The notes beneath the pieces were generated by a model that saw only the letters and a program-made list of their open reading frames with translations, ran no database searches and had not been told where the DNA came from. A program made the translations under genes and the position numbers. A stretch of 57,564 nt of DNA, counting the filler, from Trypethelium eluteriae (lineage: Eukaryota): NCBI GenBank assembly GCA_051942245.1. It is 2 parts of 2 records of this genome, joined end to end, with 100 filler letters (N's around TTAATTAATTAA, not from the genome) between each part and the next. Parts side by side here need not be neighbours in the genome. Positions count along the whole stretch, not along the records: positions 28,849 to 57,564 come from JAVECL010000303.1; 1 more part is not named here. One strand, written 5' to 3'. Shown here in pieces: positions 37,636-50,000 of this stretch (positions are counted from its first letter, which is position 1; each line of letters opens with the position of its first letter).

Positions 37636-39783
37636 TCACGCGACGCATTTATCCATTTCTGCCGCAATTTTCCAGCACAACCGTTTCTGATTCTCTGCCT
37701 CACACTTGGCAGAGTCAACCCTTAGGCACTCTTGCACTGCATTACAATATATTGCTCCTGCAGTTCCTTTAAGATGTGCTGCCTCTCCGAGTATCCGATC
37801 TCGGAATTGTTGAGGCGAATCGTCGAGACTACGAAAGGTTTCGAGACTCTGCCAGAGTCCTATCTCTACGGTTGTCGTAAGTAACCAAATTTCACGCACT
37901 AGGGGAATAAATCGTACCGAGTAGGACACATCCAAGACTGTATATATCTATGCAAAATTCGGTGGTTAATCTCCGAACGGTGTAAATAGCCTTTTCGAGC
38001 CTTACCATATGCACGTTGATAACGTCGCAATCGATTCTCACGTTTATCTGGATGTTGGTAAATGTCCAGCACGATGTCGTTTGCTCTATAGTCTTCATCG
38101 TCATAGTTATAATCTGGCCGCTCGGCTGGCTCATCTGTGCGTGCTCGGTCCATTCCTGTCAGCAGTGGCCGATCGAAATCGTACTGCCGTGGTAATTCTT
38201 TGGGAGGCCCAGAGCCGGTCGACGAGAGAGGTGGAAAGAAGATAATGGATTCTGAACGAATGTTTTTGTGAACCTTTGATTAATTAAGTCTAAGTTTGTG
38301 ATGCATTGACATTTCTGTCTCCCGCAAATGCCTTGATCTCTTCCCATCAGATGATCAGAATGGAGAGGAAAACAAAAGAGGGGACACACCCAACCACAAG
38401 TGTGCATTGTATGTACGGACTCAACTAAGGCTTTTGCCAATCGAAAGCGTGTCCCAAGCTCCATGATGTCTTTGGAGCCATCAGTACGGAGAAGCATCCG
38501 GCTCAGGGTAATCGGCATCCGGTATCGGACAAGACCTTCTTCTAGCTTTGGCTCCTCAAACTCTCGTATATGTGCCGGAGGTTCGAGAATCAATCCATAA
38601 CGGCCCTGAGAACGAGAGCTAGGCATGACCAAGCCATAGGAATAGGGAACCCGAACATCTATTGGTCTTTTACCATACATGATTGCTGCAAGCTTCGTCA
38701 GTTCGTTTCTGTCGGTGGTGGACGCATCGCGCCATTCGATCAACACAATCCGCGGCTCGCTGAGCTTGTAAAACTTGGCTAATGTTGCTCGACCTTCTTT
38801 AAAGGAATACCTTGGCTCGATGGAAAAGTCGTCGTAACTGTAAGTGGGAGCTGGTTTTGCCTCTGACATATTTGCCTTGAAATCTGCAATGTCTTGCAAC
38901 TTTTCATATACTACGCGGCAGCGCTGATTTGAGTTGATTTTTCCGGCTTGCCAGGCTCCTGCAGCTGCTACCTTGCAAAAGCGGCGCAATATCGCAGGGT
39001 CATCGATAGCGAATACAATATCTATGATTGACCATTCTAAATTCCTCGCATCCTCGGCCGAACAGTTTCGTATTAGCCACCAATTGAATTCTCTGAGTTG
39101 AGCAATCATCTTCTGAAACTTTTCTTTGTCCTTGATGGCAAACTTCATGCTCTTCATCACGCCAAGCCTCTCGCGTTGCTTCTCGCACTTTTTCTTGAAC
39201 TTCTTCTCTACCTCCTCAGAGTCTAATTTCTGGCCGATTGAGATAAGCTCTTTCCCGTCAATAACGTCGGTGGTCTTGAACTGTTCCATTTTCTATCATT
39301 GAATATGAGCTCAGAATCGAACCTTCAAGTAGGATTTGGCATGACCTTGGTGTACTTTGCTTGGACACCATACTTCTCTGCAAGCTTGGCTGTATCTGCA
39401 AACACAGCCGACATCTTACCTAACGTGTGCACAACATGTGGACCTATCTTGGTTTCTTCATTAAGATAGGACTGAAGCTTCGATTTGCGCGCCTTGTCTG
39501 CAGAGTCAAGCTCCCAAATCTCGCCCCAGCGGATGAATGATCCTTGCTCCATGTAAAAGGAATGGTATTCATCTTCGAGATGTTTAGTGGCCGTCAGAGC
39601 CTCTTCAACCAACTTATACCCATCTGCAATAGAATCAGAACGTGACCATGACCATGATGGTGTTGTGGAACACACCAACGCAAAGAGGGAAGAGCCCCAA
39701 GACTCCCAGAACTAGGCCCACAGCTCTTATCTGATGTTAGATTCTGTGAGGAAGAGCGAACGAAGCCTGACGCACTCTGCCAT
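37636..39783 (-). CDS. HeLo (prion-inhibition and propagation, HET-S/LopB-type) domain plus degenerate protein-kinase-like domain
   Basis: Spliced N-terminus MAE|AVGLVLGVLGLFPLCV|DGYKL...EQGSFIRWG...LAEKYG...KFAIKDKEKFQKMIAQLREFN (HeLo hallmarks). Then VLIEW, RFRLAKALVESVHTMHTCGW|VHKNIRSESIIFF, RPLLTGMDRAR, YQHP, DIYSLGCVLL|EIGLWQSL, ending EMDKCVA*. Six introns inferred. Confidence 0.85.
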
Positions 39784-40835
39784 CCTAAATGCTTCTTGGC
39801 ATCAATGTCTGTCCTTAACAAAGCGTCTTGTGTGAGAGGACTGAAATTTCGACTGACAGACCTGTGGAAATTTGCAATTCAGGCGGAGGGATTAACGCAA
39901 GAAACAAGCCGGAATTGAGAAAGAAGATTACAAATGGTGCTTAGGCTGAACTTTTTTTGTCTCGATGCCTCTAGGTGACGTTGCAACGTGGCTAAACTAT
40001 CACTTGCAATGCTGCCGGAAGCAAAAGTGGGGCGCTGCTGTCTGAGACATCACCCTTCAAGGCAGTCGGTGTTGATTCGTTGCATGCCGCATAGGTACAT
40101 CGTTTTTCGAGAAAAGTAGGCGATACGGATGAGCATGGTTGGGCGCTGTGAACTCTTGGCAGCATGAAGAGTATTCAGGGTTCCTGGCTACCCTGGTCCT
40201 TACAGAGCGTGGTTCGGAATGAACTATTTGTCATTTTGTCTCAAGGTCGAGCGAAGCTAGGCGCTGCGATCAGCATTCGCCAGTCACAATGGAGGCTTCC
40301 AAGGCGGCCTATCACGGCGATGCAGACAGAAAATACGCGATGCGCCGAACTGGCCAAACACGGCTTACATGCTGCGATGGCAACTGTCGCTGATACCCAC
40401 GTAAGCGACGAGGAGTTACATCAACGAAAATTCATGTATTGAACAAGAAGGGAGAGATGGGGTGATAGGGTGTAGAGTAAGGTAAGAACTAGCTAGAAGT
40501 GATAGGCTAGAGCAGGTCGATTACACCCCATCACACGTGACCTGAATCAAGCTTCTCGATTTGCAATTGGAGTAAAAACATTCTAGAAACGACATAACAG
40601 TTTACTATGGATAAGATACAAAAAATGAGTTCGACGCTTTGATTGCGGAGAGATTGATTGTCGTTAATTTTCAGACGGTATCTAGCAGTTCACTATTGCG
40701 GCTGTCCTTCCCCAAAGGCAAGGGTAAACCAAAGACCAAATGCTGCAAATGAGACTGGACGAGGGAGTCTTATAATGTTCGGCTCACTATGCGTAAAGCT
40801 AGGCTGGGACACTCTATAGGACTCCCCATCAAAAA

Positions 40836-43807
40836 TCACCAAAGAATGCTCAAATCATAGTTATCGAATAAAGGCATGACATCCTGCGTATCGATCATGA
40901 TTTCAGGCTGGTTCAGATGAGCATCTTCTTCTCGATTTAAGGAACGCAGGCCGGTCTCCCCAGCTCGGGCCTCAGTCGAGGAATTGGAAAACATGCTCAT
41001 ACAGAACTCCACGGCTTCTTGTCGAGTCCAGAAGACATCAGGGTTGAGCCCTGCAGCCCTCCACGCCTTGGTACGAAGACGCGCAAGATGACTCCACGCT
41101 TCCGTACCGCCTGCCACAAGAGGCCGCTTCATTCGAGGATACTCTGTCCCTGCGACAAGACCATGAGATGGATCTCGAAGTGCAAAGATCATGTCTATGG
41201 CGTCTTGTGATTCTCTGCTTCCTGACCCATCAGGGCGATCCTCAAGAGAGTGAAGTATCACTGCCACGGCGTGGAGAGGCTGGTGATTACTTGAAGAGGT
41301 CAGAAATCAAGCGCATTTAGCGGAGGGTTTTCGCTTACCCAGGCCAACTCCAAGAAAAGATGTCGAAGTCAGGGTTGCATGCAAGATACGCAACTTTGAA
41401 AAGCATCGATCGACAGTGGAGCAAGGCCCTGTGCATGGTCAATCGTCGAGCAGGACAGGATGGAGCATTGCCTCGGACTCATCGAAAATTGTCGGCCAGA
41501 CATCGGTCAAGTGGCGACTAAGGAGCGGATGACACGTGAAGGCTGCGGTTCATTAGTAGACTGCAATCATCAGTGACGAATCCTTACTCCATAGTCCGTC
41601 TGCGAAGGTTGAGAGCAATAATCGTGCCCAAGAATGCAACCTAGCGGCATGCGATCGTTCTACATGATGATCTCTGTCGCTTCCGGTTGTGACAGATGCT
41701 ATTTCAATCCTTTCTATGCGCGATTGCAAATCCTGGGTAAGATCTTTTAACATCAAGCGTAGTTCAACGGCCACCATTTGCGATGGTGGACTATTGTGAC
41801 ACAACTTTGCAAGAAATTGCCTCATTAGCGCTTCTAAAAGTGTCAGCGTAAAGTTTCATGGAAGTACCGAAGAGCTTACAAGATGTTCGAAGTTTCCCTT
41901 CCACCAGAATGCCCCCAGGTGAGACCAGTGATTTGGGTATTGAGGTATCGGGTTGGTCCGTATGTGCTAATGGCTGCAAGCCTTTCGAAAGTCCTTCTTC
42001 GTATAACGAGCCTTCAATTGTCCCAATGTATTCGTCTTTCAGCTCGCTCAGTGGTCGAACATCCCAAGAAGCGGTGTCCACGAGTGGTGGCAAGCCGGAA
42101 GCGGTGGCAATCAGGACGTCAATGTGCACAATATGCCACCATACTCTTCGCCGCGTCTCTCGATTGGTAAGGCTCAGAGATCGGAAATGCGATGGGTCTT
42201 TGTGCAGTCCCAATGCCTGTGCAACTCTAAGGGCAAGTCCAACAAAAGCACTGCTGACAATTAGGCAATCCCAATCAAGATGAAAATGAATGCACTCTTA
42301 CACGCAAGACAAGGGTTCCTCGTCTACAACATCGTCAGCATCGCTTTCAGTTGCTTGGTAGGTACAGGCTCACCTCTCATACATGTTGCCTGGCAGATGA
42401 TATACGCGGTCAACGTTGCAAGAGTTGGCGTATGGGGGAAGCCAGACGCATGTAAGGCTTTTTTTGCGGTGTGTCGAAGCCCCGCTGCAATATCTTCCTT
42501 GTTTTCTGATGCAAAGGAGCAAGCGAGAGCCTCTTTGGGGCATGTTATGGCGCCGGCGAAGCAGATCGCGAGCATGAAAGCCAAGAACGATTTGTCGTCT
42601 GCCAGATTCTGCTTCGTCCAGCAGTCATTGTACTGTTCTACGAACGACGAGATATGAATGAGGGGAACAAGGGGATGGTAGTTTCGGATGTAAGACTCCA
42701 ATAGCATGTCACATTGCTTTCTTGTTGGTACTGAACTTTGGATGTCTGATTGAGGTTCTCGGGGACGACGTCGCGCATCTTGATCGGAAGTCCAGATAGG
42801 TGAGAGAGACAAAGATCCTATACCAGAAGCTTGTCCATCAACCATGAACGGGGTGCGGGCAGGAGGTATGCCAGTCGCCTCTTGAGGGAAGATATCTATT
42901 GCATCGGATCCAAACCCTCCGGTCTGATGATACATTGTTCGAGTTCGTCCCACTGAAGTTGGGGGAGAATGACTACGTAAAGAAAGTTCGACAAGTTCAT
43001 TTTGATTGCTCAGCAATGTGTCAAGCTCTTCTGCCTACAAGGGTGAGCGTACAAATGCTGAAGGAGAAGGGGAGATTGTACCTCTTTGCACATGTATCCC
43101 CAATGGTGTTTGTCGATATATCTCTCATGATGATGATGAGATGGTTGTAAGAGATATCCTGGGTCTTGTGATGGCAGTGAGGACGAATGCGTAAGGCCGC
43201 TGTGCGATGCTTCAAGACAGTCAGTCAATACTCTGTCGACTGAGTCTCGCACTTTTGCTACCTACAACGCAATGGCTCAGCTGTCTCGTGCGGGTTTGAC
43301 GCCGACTCTCTCTCTGCTGCAATAAGACAGAAGACATGACATTTTCTGAAAGGAAACTCACGCATCAACTGAACCAGCAGCGTAAGGTGTTGCACCCGGG
43401 CTTCAATAGCCTTGAAATGCTCGGCCGAGATGGTAACAGTATCAGATACAATCTCCGGGCCGACTTCGGCGGCTGTTGTACGGCTCTCATCTGTCCATTG
43501 ATGAGTTGAGAGCGATGTGAGAATACTCGGTAGTGCTGCGCACCTACAAAGGTGATTGGTGAAACGCCTTCGGATCTCTCATAGCTACACTGTTGGCTTT
43601 TGAGCGCATGACGGACTTCGCCATACGAAAGGAGCTTACCACTATTCCACTGCTCCGACATCTACCGCAGGCAGGACGGCTCTTGTTATGATCAGGATTA
43701 GCCGCATCGACGCTCGCTCAAAGGACGCCACAGACCTTGTCACATTTCGCCTTCTTCTCACGGCAATTTCTACAAGTGTTCACAGCTCTCCCTCGAGTAA
43801 CAGGCAT
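40836..43807 (-). CDS. Zn(II)2Cys6 transcription factor with a fungal-specific TF (middle homology) domain
   Basis: Binuclear cluster split over three exons: MPVTRGRAVNTCRNCREKKAKCDK|SRPACGRCRSSGIV|CSY. Downstream YIRNYHPLVPLIH, LGLHKDP, ETRRRVWWHIVHID..SGLPP, HQP.HAVAVIL. Some internal exon boundaries are uncertain. Confidence 0.88.
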
Positions 43808-45507
43808 GTCAATTTCGCCGACTAGACCACTACTCAACTTGCTTGAACGTGCTCGGATAAGAGCATCTCAGCAGAGCAAACCTATGAGGGATCGAAGCTT
43901 GTCTATATCGAGACATCGAGAAGCTCCAGGTAGCGGAGGGAATGCTTGCGGACTGTAGAGTAAACGCACGGGCCGCTTCCAGCCATCGTCGTCGTCGATT
44001 CCGACGTCTCCGAATGGTGTAACTACCCACGTACACTTGCTCACGCCAAGGCAACCGGTATTTCAGGTCCTGTTGGCGCACTCGCAATTCAAAAGTGGCT
44101 GCATGCCGTTTGGACGGCGGTCTAAGGCACCTTGGTTGCTCGTCTAGACGTCGCTACATCTGTGAAAGCGCCGGCCGGAACGGCTCCATTCGGAAGTCAC
44201 TGACCACAACGCAATGATTGGCGATGGAGTCGAGGGCCCACTTTCACAGAGTTTTAAATTACGGCAAATCTGGTTGAAGAAGGATCGACGATCCTTTAGT
44301 CTACTTTGCTCTCCCGGCAATGGCTTTGCAGCAGCATTCTTTCGCTCAACATCTTCACGACGTCACAGGATATGCAACACAAGCCTTTCCCTCTAAACAA
44401 ATAGCCCTTCCATTACGACTTTTCGGAAGGAAGCTACGGCTGTCCCCAGCCGTCCAGTTTCGAAGATAAACACGTGTAACGAGAGTATCTGAAAGGCAGA
44501 TTGGCCGCTGCCTTCAGGGATCTTTGGACAGAAGGGATTCACCGAGGGCGTAGCCGAACACATCACTTTTAGAGACCCAGTGGATCTAAAGACTTTCTGG
44601 GTCAATCCCTTCTGAGTTTCTTTCTACCGAATCAGAAGGTCTGGCCGAGTTCGACTCTACCATCAGGGCAAGGTCCTGGACGCAGATCAGTTTCGCCTGA
44701 TCAATCGCGCGGCGACCATTATACATGCATCTGTACACGCCGTCAGGCCTGATTAAGTATGCGCTGCGTATACTCATTCAATTCATGGTCGGACATTCAC
44801 AACATTAGGACTTTCCTTCCCGATACTCTCGTACGACATCTGTGCCTTCTATAATGTAAGTCAAGCGTAGGATCGTGACGAATGAAGACTACTTGGCGTA
44901 AAGGTTGAGCAAATTCGAACATCGTATAGCTTCTATACCAGACTGAGACTTCCAGTCATTAATGAGAACGAATCATCGACTGATTTGGATATGCGGTGAT
45001 CTCCATCTCTTCAGGAGGCGCCTGGAGATCGCGTTGGGGATCGAGCTTCTTCCAATCCGCTTGCCAACTCTTGGACATGCCTTGACATTCGCAGCAACTT
45101 ACAGCATCGGCGGCTAGCTGCGATGCATCTTCATTCAACCGGCCAGCATTGCCTAGCTCGGTAGGGTCTTCTCCAGACGCCTCATACTTCTACGCCATGG
45201 TCAGTACGGAAACTTGGTAGTGTGAAAGCCTTCAAGCCCGAAAGCTGGGACTATCCTTAGTAATGTCTCTGGTAAGCTGAAGCGAGATATAGGTGGGTAT
45301 AGTAAATGTCTAGTCCGTGTTTTCCGGCCGGCGGAACTCCATCGGGCAGAGGACTAAGCTTACAATGCTGATTCTAACGTCATCAATACAAGGGAATTCG
45401 TCTTCCATAAAGCATGACACCCTGCAATACAGACAGTGTGATAGGTCGAAGAGTCTTCGCGATCTCTGTTTCTGACAAGATACATCAAAGCATTTGATAT
45501 TCGAGCA

Positions 45508-46690
45508 ATGGCACCGCTACTCCTCATCTTCGCATTTTCCTTCATTTTCTTCGCATCGGCCAAAGCCTATGAGACTCTAGACATTGCCAATGTATCTGAG
45601 CCTCAGGATAATGCACAATTCAATCGTACACTAGCCTCCTATCGACTTGCCGGGCTCAATGGCAATTCTGAATATCTTACACATGGCTTCGTACCCGTCG
45701 GATGCGGCGCGAATATGTCTGTTCACTACACAGAGCCTTCTGTCTTTGGATCGATGACAGGCAGTCCCCAGAAGCCAATCACAATCCTGACCCATGGTTA
45801 TCCGGAGTCGAGTTATATTTGGCGTCGGGTGACGGGGACCTTGTCTGAAAGGGTTCCCCTCTTTGTCGTTGACGTGAGTACCAGCCAACGTAACCACTCT
45901 GATTCTTATCTCTAAAGCTCTACCTTGCGAGCAGCAACCAGGTTATGGACTCTCGACCCCGTGTGAGAATGGCACCGACAAGCTTACCGCTGCAGGTGCT
46001 ATCGTCGATGCCTTGACTGCCGTGCACGGAGACGGAGTATCGATCATACTTGCTGGACACGATCGAGGAGCTCGCACGATGCAACGTCTTGCAGTTTCGA
46101 TCGCCGACTTTCCCCAAGTCAAGGGCTTGGGCGCCTTCCTAGCAGATATAGTCCCTATTGTGGAGGAGTATAAATCGTTTCAGAACCCTGCAGATGCAGT
46201 TGGGTATTTCCATTGGTCTCTGTTGCCTCGCGGCGATTTCGCAACGGACGTCATCATGGCGTATGGTGGGGGAAATTGGGTCAAGAAAATTTTCGAGTTT
46301 GGCTCTGGCAACAACTCGTTCGCTACGGATTTGTTCAAAGCAGACAATGCTTGGGATATCTACGCCAACTTCTTTAACCAGCTGTCAGTCACCAATGCGA
46401 GCGTGTACGATTACCAAGCTGGAGCGACTGTCGACTACGACGCACAGGTCGCAGATCAAGCGGCTGGAAGGAAGATCAGCATGCCGCTACATATTCTGTA
46501 CTCTATCTACAATCTTGAGACGTTGTCGGGCTTCAATGTGGCGGAGATCTGGTCGCAATGGGTGAGCAACGGTACGAATCTCACGGTCCAAGGAATCGGT
46601 GGGCAAAGAGGTCACTTCATTATCGAGGAGGCCCCTGATGAGACAATCACACAGATAAACGAGTTTATGGATGCTCTTGGGGTTGCATAG
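45508..46690 (+). CDS. Secreted alpha/beta hydrolase of the haloacetate (fluoroacetate) dehalogenase/epoxide hydrolase family
   Basis: Exons 45508-45873 and 45935-46690. Signal peptide MAPLLLIFAFSFIFFASAKA, then HGYP, DQPGYGLS, nucleophile elbow GHDRGAR, DIVP, YFHW, DYQAGA, GHFIIEEAP. Confidence 0.88.
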
Positions 46691-47024
46691 ACTATGCGCC
46701 ATCAAGAAGCACCTGGATAGATCCAACACGCGATGATAACGCCACATGCCTGATGACGCAACTACAGCGTACAAAGAAAGGGCTGTCGACTACTCTATCT
46801 GAAATGGAGAAAGACGTCAAGGGCAGCGACGTAGTTGCAGCAAGTCAAGTACTCTTTTTGCTCGGGTATTCACTTACGTACAAGACTTATCATTACGAAC
46901 CAGTCAATGCCATCACAAAACGCGAACTCGAGCCTCGCTTAGAACGCTAGAAAAATGGCTGTCCGAAGCCAGCCACGCATGCGTCATCGGGTCCTCGAAT
47001 CTCTCCGCTCCGCTCCGCCAAGCA

Positions 47025-50000
47025 TTACCCAGTCCACCAATTCTTCCACATCTCCGCCCATCTCTCCTCCTTCAACTCCTTCAGCCATTCCCTGAACTCC
47101 ATTCCTTCCAACTCAGTCTCCCCGTCCTCGGTGTTCTCCGCCCTCTCCCCCTCGGTATTTTTACCGATAGGCTCCACCCTCTCAATCCTCATGACGCCCC
47201 CCTTAATGCCCTTCCACCCCTCCACGGGACCCCTGATATATGCGTGATTTACGCCACAATATTCTTTCCACGAATCATTCGGCCCGCCATCATTCCTCGC
47301 CTGACGCTTTTCGTAGCATGCCTGGCATAAGTCACAGGAGGCGCAGACCGCGCAGAGGTAGTGAGGGGTAGACCAGTTGCTGAAGCCCTTGGAGCAGCCT
47401 TCGCAGAAGTAGGTGCTGTTGTTGAGGTCACCATCCGGGGTGGGCTGAGAGTTAGGCTGGGAGTTGGGAGAGTTGGTCTTCTTGCTAGGGGTAGCGACGT
47501 TGCTAGACGTGTCGGAGGGGACGCCATTAGTGAAATCCGAGGCTGACTTTGGAGTAGAGGGTTCATTGGAAGCGTCTGTGTCGGAGACATGGCTTTTCGG
47601 TTCGGGAGTCGGCTGCGCAGTAGAAGATGAACAGCATGCTTCTCCGCTCGTAGTGGGCTCTCCATTGGTTAGCGGCGGGCCTCCAGAGTCATTTTTCTGA
47701 AGATCCTCCCTTCTGTTATCTTGTGTCTCAGAAAGATCCTTAGAGTCTCCTTCACTGTCAAGGTTGTAGAACTGCGCGGAGTAGGCGATCTGTGCATCTC
47801 TTTGAAGACCAGCCAGGGCCAGAAGCCTGGCAAACAAGCGAAGACTTGCTTCATCATTGCTTGAGATGGTATCTGTCAGGCCCTTATAGCATATATCGAA
47901 CGTTGATTGCATGACATCGTAGTATTCTTGAGCTGGTCCGAGCTTGAGCAGCATTCGGGCAAGCATGATCGTGGTATTGGAGCTTCGCTCGAAGTCAAGT
48001 GCTAGCGACTTGCCTAGCTGCTTCTCTGGAAGCTCCTTCAATTCAGCAAGGAGCGCAGCCTTGTGCGAAGGATCGTGGGAAGACACAAAGTCCTCGTAGA
48101 GAATCTCAGCATAGTAGAAACGAGCGGTAACAAGTGCAAACATGTCGTCGCCATCTCCCCATATATTTTTGCAAGCATCGCTATTGAGGAGTCTGATCAA
48201 GACGGCTTTTGCGGCAGGGCTGTCTCCGATAACTCTTCTGTAGAGGAACGCAAGCCTAAGCCGTATCGATCCACTCCTTTCACTATGATCATAGTATTCG
48301 ATGGCTTGGCTGTAGAGACGAAGGAGGGTAGAAATGCCTTCGTCGCCTACCTCTTTGGCGGCTTTCTGGACCAGCTGATTGCCATCGTCGAGTTTGCGCG
48401 CGAGGAAAATCCTCTGGTGCTCGGCCTTTGTCTCACCCAGTCTAGTAATGATACCCTTGTAGTCCTTCTGTTTCTCCAAGATATCGAAGACGTCCTCGAG
48501 AAAGAAAGGTCGAGTCCAGGGAAGTAGATTGGCTGACTCATCGTACGACTTGATCGCTTCCTCGTACAAATCTAGTTTTGCTTCGATCTGCGCACGGGTG
48601 TACCAGCAGTCGAACAAGAAATTTCTGTCATAGTAGGAATACGGCTTAGTGAATAGAGAGTCAAGCATTGCAAAGGCCTCGACAATGTAGGAATATGCTT
48701 GCTTCAAGCCCTCAATCCTGTCTCCCTCTAGGGTGACCTCGAAACTGCGAAGCCCACAGTCGGCTCCGAGGCTGAGCATACGGAATCGGTCCTCATTTGG
48801 CAAGTCGAACTTCAGAGCGTTCTCACATTCCTCCAACGCAAGTTGGGGATGGTGTTCCCGACTGTAAACGGTAGCCAGGGCCCGATGGAACCTGTAGTCG
48901 TCATCCGTGCGATCAAAAGTATTAACAACGTCACGTATCCTCTCCGGAGAAAGCGAGTCGTCATTCGAGATCTCCTCACCAGCGTTCTCTAAGAGATGCA
49001 GAGTTGGAACAGCCATCCGGAACGCCTTGTATGCACGGGATTGGCTAACGGCCTCGTACCAATTTCGACCGTGGCAACGCAGGAGATCTTGCAGGCCAGT
49101 CTTCGAATCTGACTGGAAACTACGCAACCATTCTGCAACATTCGGCTCGAGTGTAGACACTATTCTCTCTGCTCGCTCGAGCCATGCGGGTATGCGTTCG
49201 AAGGCCGACTTCGTCATGGCCGGGCATCGTGTGTGTGTATCTGATAGTTCGAAGATACGATCGGATTCCTCGATCTTGCCCAACGCATTATTGTTGTTCT
49301 GAAAGATTTGCGAAAGCAAGCTAACCACCCGCCGTATTTGCTCTTCAGTCGCATCATTTACCGTAATCTGTAAGAAATGCCAATCCCAATAACACGACGC
49401 GTATTCGAGTAGGTGATTCTTCTCTCTTGAATCCGTCTTGTCTCCGTCGCCGGTCTCCAAATTCACTTCAGTCTTCACTGGAGAACACAGCACGCTTATT
49501 GAGGTATCGAGGATCGTAAGGTGGGCTGCAGTCTGATGCTCGGCAAGCCCGTCTGTTTGGGATTCTTGCTCCTTGAGAAAGTCACGAAAAGCCTTCTCTT
49601 GGAAGTAAAGCGAGCCAGAAACATCATCATAGTCATCCTCGTGATTCTCATCTATCGAATCGTCATCGTTGAGAGGCGCATCCGCTTCGCCATCGTCACT
49701 GTCCTCATCATCATTCTGGACCAGATCAAGCAGTCTCGACGACTGACCCTGTACCTCATCTTCAATCCTGAAGATGCTTTCGCTTGTCGACAGGAATATC
49801 ACCTGGTTGGCCTCAGCAATAGTTATAGGTCTTTTTGCATAGATCAACCATGTGTACAATGTTCTGATCGCCTGCTGAGCCTTCGAAGACCGTGTGTGAT
49901 AAATTTCGCGGATGATATGTTTGAAGAGGTCTGACAGATTTGAAGGGAGCTTATCGACAGCCTTGCGTGCAAGGCCTTCCCGTCCGGTGGAGTCCAAATA

